Source of the DNA: an uncultured Candidatus Binatia bacterium | GTDB taxonomy: Bacteria; Desulfobacterota; Binatia; Bin18 | Direction: 5' to 3' | DNA: 64,000 nucleotides | NCBI GenBank assembly: GCA_965214605.1 | Contig: OZ243961.1 | Location: 384,001-448,000, forward strand | In this document: piece by piece, positions 60,621 to 64,000 of the stretch | How positions within the stretch are numbered: position 1 is the stretch's first letter | Layout: each line of letters begins with the position of its first letter | Notes under the pieces: model-generated | What the model saw: the letters and a program-made list of their open reading frames with translations, nothing else | Database searches by the model: none | What the model was told of the DNA's origin: nothing | Program-made: the position numbers and the translations under genes

Positions 60621-60727
60621 CACAATAAAAAAGGGCACGGAAATTCTTTCCATGCCCCTCAAAGCGGTCGCTTTCCCTCTTGTTCTTGGGAGGACAGGAT
60701 CAACCACCTTGGTGTCACAACCAAGCC

Positions 60728-61129
60728 TTAACTGCTCTCAGCCTCATCTACCGCAAACGAGGTTCCACAGCCACAGGTGCGCACCGCATTAGGGTTCACA
60801 AACCGAAAACCCGCCCCGCTCAGCCCATCCTGATAGTCAAGCATAGTACCGTGAACGTACTGCCGACTAATCGGATCAACAAACAGCTTGACGCCATCCT
60901 GCTCGACAACGGTATCATCCTCACGGGCGCTGGTATCAAGATTGAGGCTATACGAGAAACCCGAACAGCCGCCACCAACGATGGCCACACGTAGCCCCCC
61001 TTCGTTCATGCCATCTTTTGTCATTGCCTCTTTGATTTTTTGGGCCGCCTGTTTGGTCATAGAGAGTACGGGGCCATTGCTCATATCGGGCAACTGATCG
61101 CCGGCACGCGGTAATACTTCGTTTGCCAT
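60728..61129 (-). CDS. A-type Fe-S carrier (HesB/IscA/ErpA)
   Basis: GGGCSGFSY, NPNA..TCGCGTSF. Confidence 0.93.
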   Translation of the reverse strand: MANEVLPRAGDQLPDMSNGPVLSMTKQAAQKIKEAMTKDGMNEGGLRVAIVGGGCSGFSYSLNLDTSAREDDTVVEQDGVKLFVDPISRQYVHGTMLDYQDGLSGAGFRFVNPNAVRTCGCGTSFAVDEAESS

Positions 61130-61238
61130 ACATCCTCCAAATCGGTCTTAATTTCCTCGTCATTCAAGATACGGATTCACGATATATGAGTCAATCAGGC
61201 GCTCTTCTGCTGTGGATTTTGTCGTGCTACACCGAAGT

Positions 61239-62372
61239 ATGCGATTGGAAAACCAGATTCGCAGTAAAGCGGTTGCTCTGGGCTTTTCTGAATGCGGATT
61301 TACTCGGCTCCGTCCGTTGGCCCGTGAGGATTTTTTGCATACCTGGCTGTCACAGGGCAACGCTGGAGACATGCACTACTTAGCCCGCCAGCCCGAACGA
61401 CGCCTCAACCCGGCCCTTCCTTTTCCACAGGCCAAGAGTGTCATCTGTCTGGCCTATCCATACGCCCCGCCAGCCGTGCCCGACTTAGACTGGAGAAAAG
61501 AACTGCGGGGTCGGATCGCGGCCTATGCGGCCGGACTCGACTATCACGACCGCATAAGCGTCAAGCTACGCGAGTTAATCGCCTTTCTGAATAATCTGAG
61601 ACCGGAGGTCTGGGCCCGTCCATATGTCGATACCGGTCCCCTGCTAGAACGCGAATGGGCCTACCGCAGCGGCCTGGGCTGGTTTGGCAAAAACACTATG
61701 CTGCTGCGCAAGCGGGTCGGCTCGTGGTTTTTTTTGGCCGAAGTGTTGGTCAACCTAGAACTCGAAGGCGAGGGGCTGCCCCAAGATCACTGCGGCCGCT
61801 GCACCCAGTGTGTGGACGCCTGCCCAACTCAGGCGCTGGAGAATGGGTATATTCTTAGAGCGCCGTTGTGCCTATCCTATCTCACGATTGAGCAGCGGGG
61901 CGCGATCCCATTCGCCTTACGCCCCAAGCTTGACAACTGGATCTTTGGCTGTGACATCTGCCAAGAGGTGTGTCCCTGGAATAAAAAGTTTGCCACGCCC
62001 GAGCAGTCACTATTTGAACATCTGTTCCCATCCTTGCCCGCCCTGATGGCTCTTGACAACGACGGCTTTCGCAAACGCTTTCGCAAAACCGCGCTGTGGC
62101 GGACCAGGCGTCGAGGTTTGCTACGCAACGTAGCGGTCGCCCTAGGCAACAGCGGCAATCCTCAAGCTGTCGCTCCCCTGCACAACGCGCTGCGCGACCC
62201 CGAAGCGCTCATTCGCAGCCATGCCGCCTGGGCGCTCGGCCAGCTCAACTATCCCCCGGCCAGAACCGCCCTGTGGCGTGCCCTGGACACAGAAGATGAC
62301 CCTCAGGTCAGAACTGAGATGCAGATAGCCCTGGGCGAAGCACCGGTCAGTCTCCTAGCAGGCACGGAGTAG
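61239..62372 (+). CDS. queG: Epoxyqueuosine reductase
   Basis: DYH, VDTGPLLER, GWFGKN, CGRCTQCVDACP, IFGCDICQEVCPWN, HEAT-like tail. Confidence 0.95.
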   Translation: MRLENQIRSKAVALGFSECGFTRLRPLAREDFLHTWLSQGNAGDMHYLARQPERRLNPALPFPQAKSVICLAYPYAPPAVPDLDWRKELRGRIAAYAAGLDYHDRISVKLRELIAFLNNLRPEVWARPYVDTGPLLEREWAYRSGLGWFGKNTMLLRKRVGSWFFLAEVLVNLELEGEGLPQDHCGRCTQCVDACPTQALENGYILRAPLCLSYLTIEQRGAIPFALRPKLDNWIFGCDICQEVCPWNKKFATPEQSLFEHLFPSLPALMALDNDGFRKRFRKTALWRTRRRGLLRNVAVALGNSGNPQAVAPLHNALRDPEALIRSHAAWALGQLNYPPARTALWRALDTEDDPQVRTEMQIALGEAPVSLLAGTE

Positions 62373-62509
62373 GACGTCTGCGCCAAGTTTTGAACATTGA
62401 CCGGGAGGTCGATCAGCAATGCTCAAGACTCCTAGTGGCGCGTGTGAGTTGAGAGCAGGTGGAGAGGTTCTAGACGTACTGAAGATGAGAGACTTGCCAA
62501 ATCCGCCCG

Positions 62510-64000
62510 AATGGACAGCCTCATTCTCCCCCTACTTCAACCTATCAAGGGCCTGGCGAATCCACCGAGCCCCCCTTGATCCGAAGGCTCTGTCTCCAGC
62601 CCAGCCCCTTTAATCAAGACACTCCACGGGTCCAAGCGGGACTGGGCTGGAGGCGCACCGGATTTCAAAGTCAAGCTGGGTGAGACACTCCTGAGCTATG
62701 AGCAAGAAATATCAACACAGCTCCAGACACGTGCTGTAATCTGAGCGGTTCGCCAAGCATCAATACCTTTCCAGCAACATCATTCCTGCTTTGCCAACGC
62801 CTTCGCTCACATGTTGGACTACGGCCCGTTCCCGGCAAAACTCACCATCAGCGAGCAAGCCGCGGCGAGGCGAGACAATACAAAGCACCACATTTCGGTC
62901 AATTTTGCCCTGCTCCATGAAGTTGGGTGAATTTCCTTGACGAGCCCGGACAGGACGACTCCCAGAGGGCGAGGTAGAGAAATCCTCAGCATCATGATCA
63001 TAAGCTGGACTCGGCCCCCCTTCATGAAGACCTTGCTTTCAGCAAGCAACGGGTGGCCTGCCCAACATCACCGAAGAAGAACGATTGCTGTTTGCCACGA
63101 GATCCGCGGGTGTTTACTGTGAGGATTTTCTGAAAGCTCAGAATCGAGAAACCTGTTAAGGTGTAAGGCGCTCTATCCCGTGAGCTTCATCGTCTAGGTG
63201 GTCAATGACATGCTGGAAGACACTTTCAGTGCCCACTACGGTCTAGCCACCCGCAAGCGCGTGACTAGGCCGCCGGACTTTGCCATCAGCACGGGAACCT
63301 TCCTGCTACAAGTGCCACAGCGAGGACTGTCTCTGAAGGTGTACACGGCCCAGTGGTGAAGGAGCACATCCTGAATTAACCCTGCACCATCACCTATCTC
63401 AAACTGTCGCAATTGCCACGCGATAAGGGCTATGCCACGCAGTCCGGCGGGCGGCGGCATAGATCAGAGGCCGGGGCCACTTGCCGTTGTCGTAGTGAGT
63501 CAAAGCGCCCTAGGGGACATTCCCCTCCCGGTCATTACCGGTCCCTCGACCCTTCCAAAAACACCGGCGCGTGGCTCACAGAATTGCCCCCTAGATGATA
63601 GAGGGCGAGCCGCTCCGGAGAGAGAGACGAAAATGTGGTTGCAAGATTCTTAGGTGAAGTTCATCCGCTTCGCCTAAGAGCAGATGGAACGGGTGGAGAA
63701 AGGCGTGGACTGAGTTGAAGCCGTCCCCGCCCTCCTGCTTGTTCATCACCCAGGACGAGCAACCGTAGGAGGAATACGAACAGAGTTTGACAGGAGACAG
63801 ATATTTTGTCGGTCAATACTCTGGATATCATGACTACACGTGAGCGCCTGACCGTCTATTATGTCGAAGGAAGACCGGGCAAGACTTTGCGTTCTGTTGG
63901 TGGAAGAAGCCTCACGAAAATCCGTCTGAGGACAAGACGCTAGGGACTGAAAAGTAGAACTCGCTCAGCAGAGTTTGCAATAGGACGGGCCGTCAAGAGA
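62510..64000 (+). pseudogene. Decayed type ISP/IIG-like N6-DNA methyltransferase/restriction enzyme (runs off window)
   Basis: Ordered motif remnants over several frames: GAPDFKV (62652), FANAFAHMLDYG (62790), YCEDFLKA, VSFIV*VVNDML..GLA, DFAISTGTFLL (63276), LKLSQ, PVITG..SKNTGAW, WLQDS*VKFIRFA (about 63635-63675), WTELKP..LF, TDILSVN..TTRERLT, DARD*KV. Confidence 0.82.

Noticed and set aside
62400-64000. Group II intron or large ncRNA in the ORF-poor end region
   Set aside because: No domain V or reverse transcriptase motifs were seen, and the region is explained by a decayed RM gene.
1-64000. CRISPR arrays, tRNA or rRNA genes, intact transposases or integrases
   Set aside because: No spaced direct repeats, cloverleaf or rRNA signatures, or recombinase motifs were seen by eye; a short tRNA could have been missed.

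Overview
Bacterial chromosomal window of moderately high GC. The gene content (many amidohydrolases, LLM oxidoreductases, alpha/beta hydrolases, an ankyrin lipoprotein) suggests a Binatia/deltaproteobacterial-type genome, possibly host-associated; this is inference only. The left end is a defence island: an apparently intact Kiwa pair (kwaA/kwaB) sits between an hsdS-like remnant and a fragmented hsdR, followed by a broken RelE/HigA-type TA pair. The right end (about 62.5-64 kb) is a heavily decayed type ISP/IIG-like N6-methyltransferase/restriction pseudogene that the ORF track misses. The middle holds catabolic clusters, housekeeping genes (secA-argJ, gnd, tkt, folP, queG, trmB) and a ttuB-ttuA-trmI tRNA-modification cassette. 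The strongest candidates for novelty are: (1) a membrane-anchored Rad50/SbcC-like ATPase coupled to a 66-aa protein that resembles an isolated Mre11/SbcD C-terminal binding domain, with no nuclease nearby; (2) a SecA with a ~280-aa helical variable domain; (3) two ubiquitin-like sulfur carriers whose Gly-Gly ends are capped by extra residues; (4) a sigma54-driven orphan gene; (5) an apparently exported DUF151-PDZ fusion. No rRNA, tRNA or CRISPR array was seen. All family assignments come from motif recognition by eye, not database searches.
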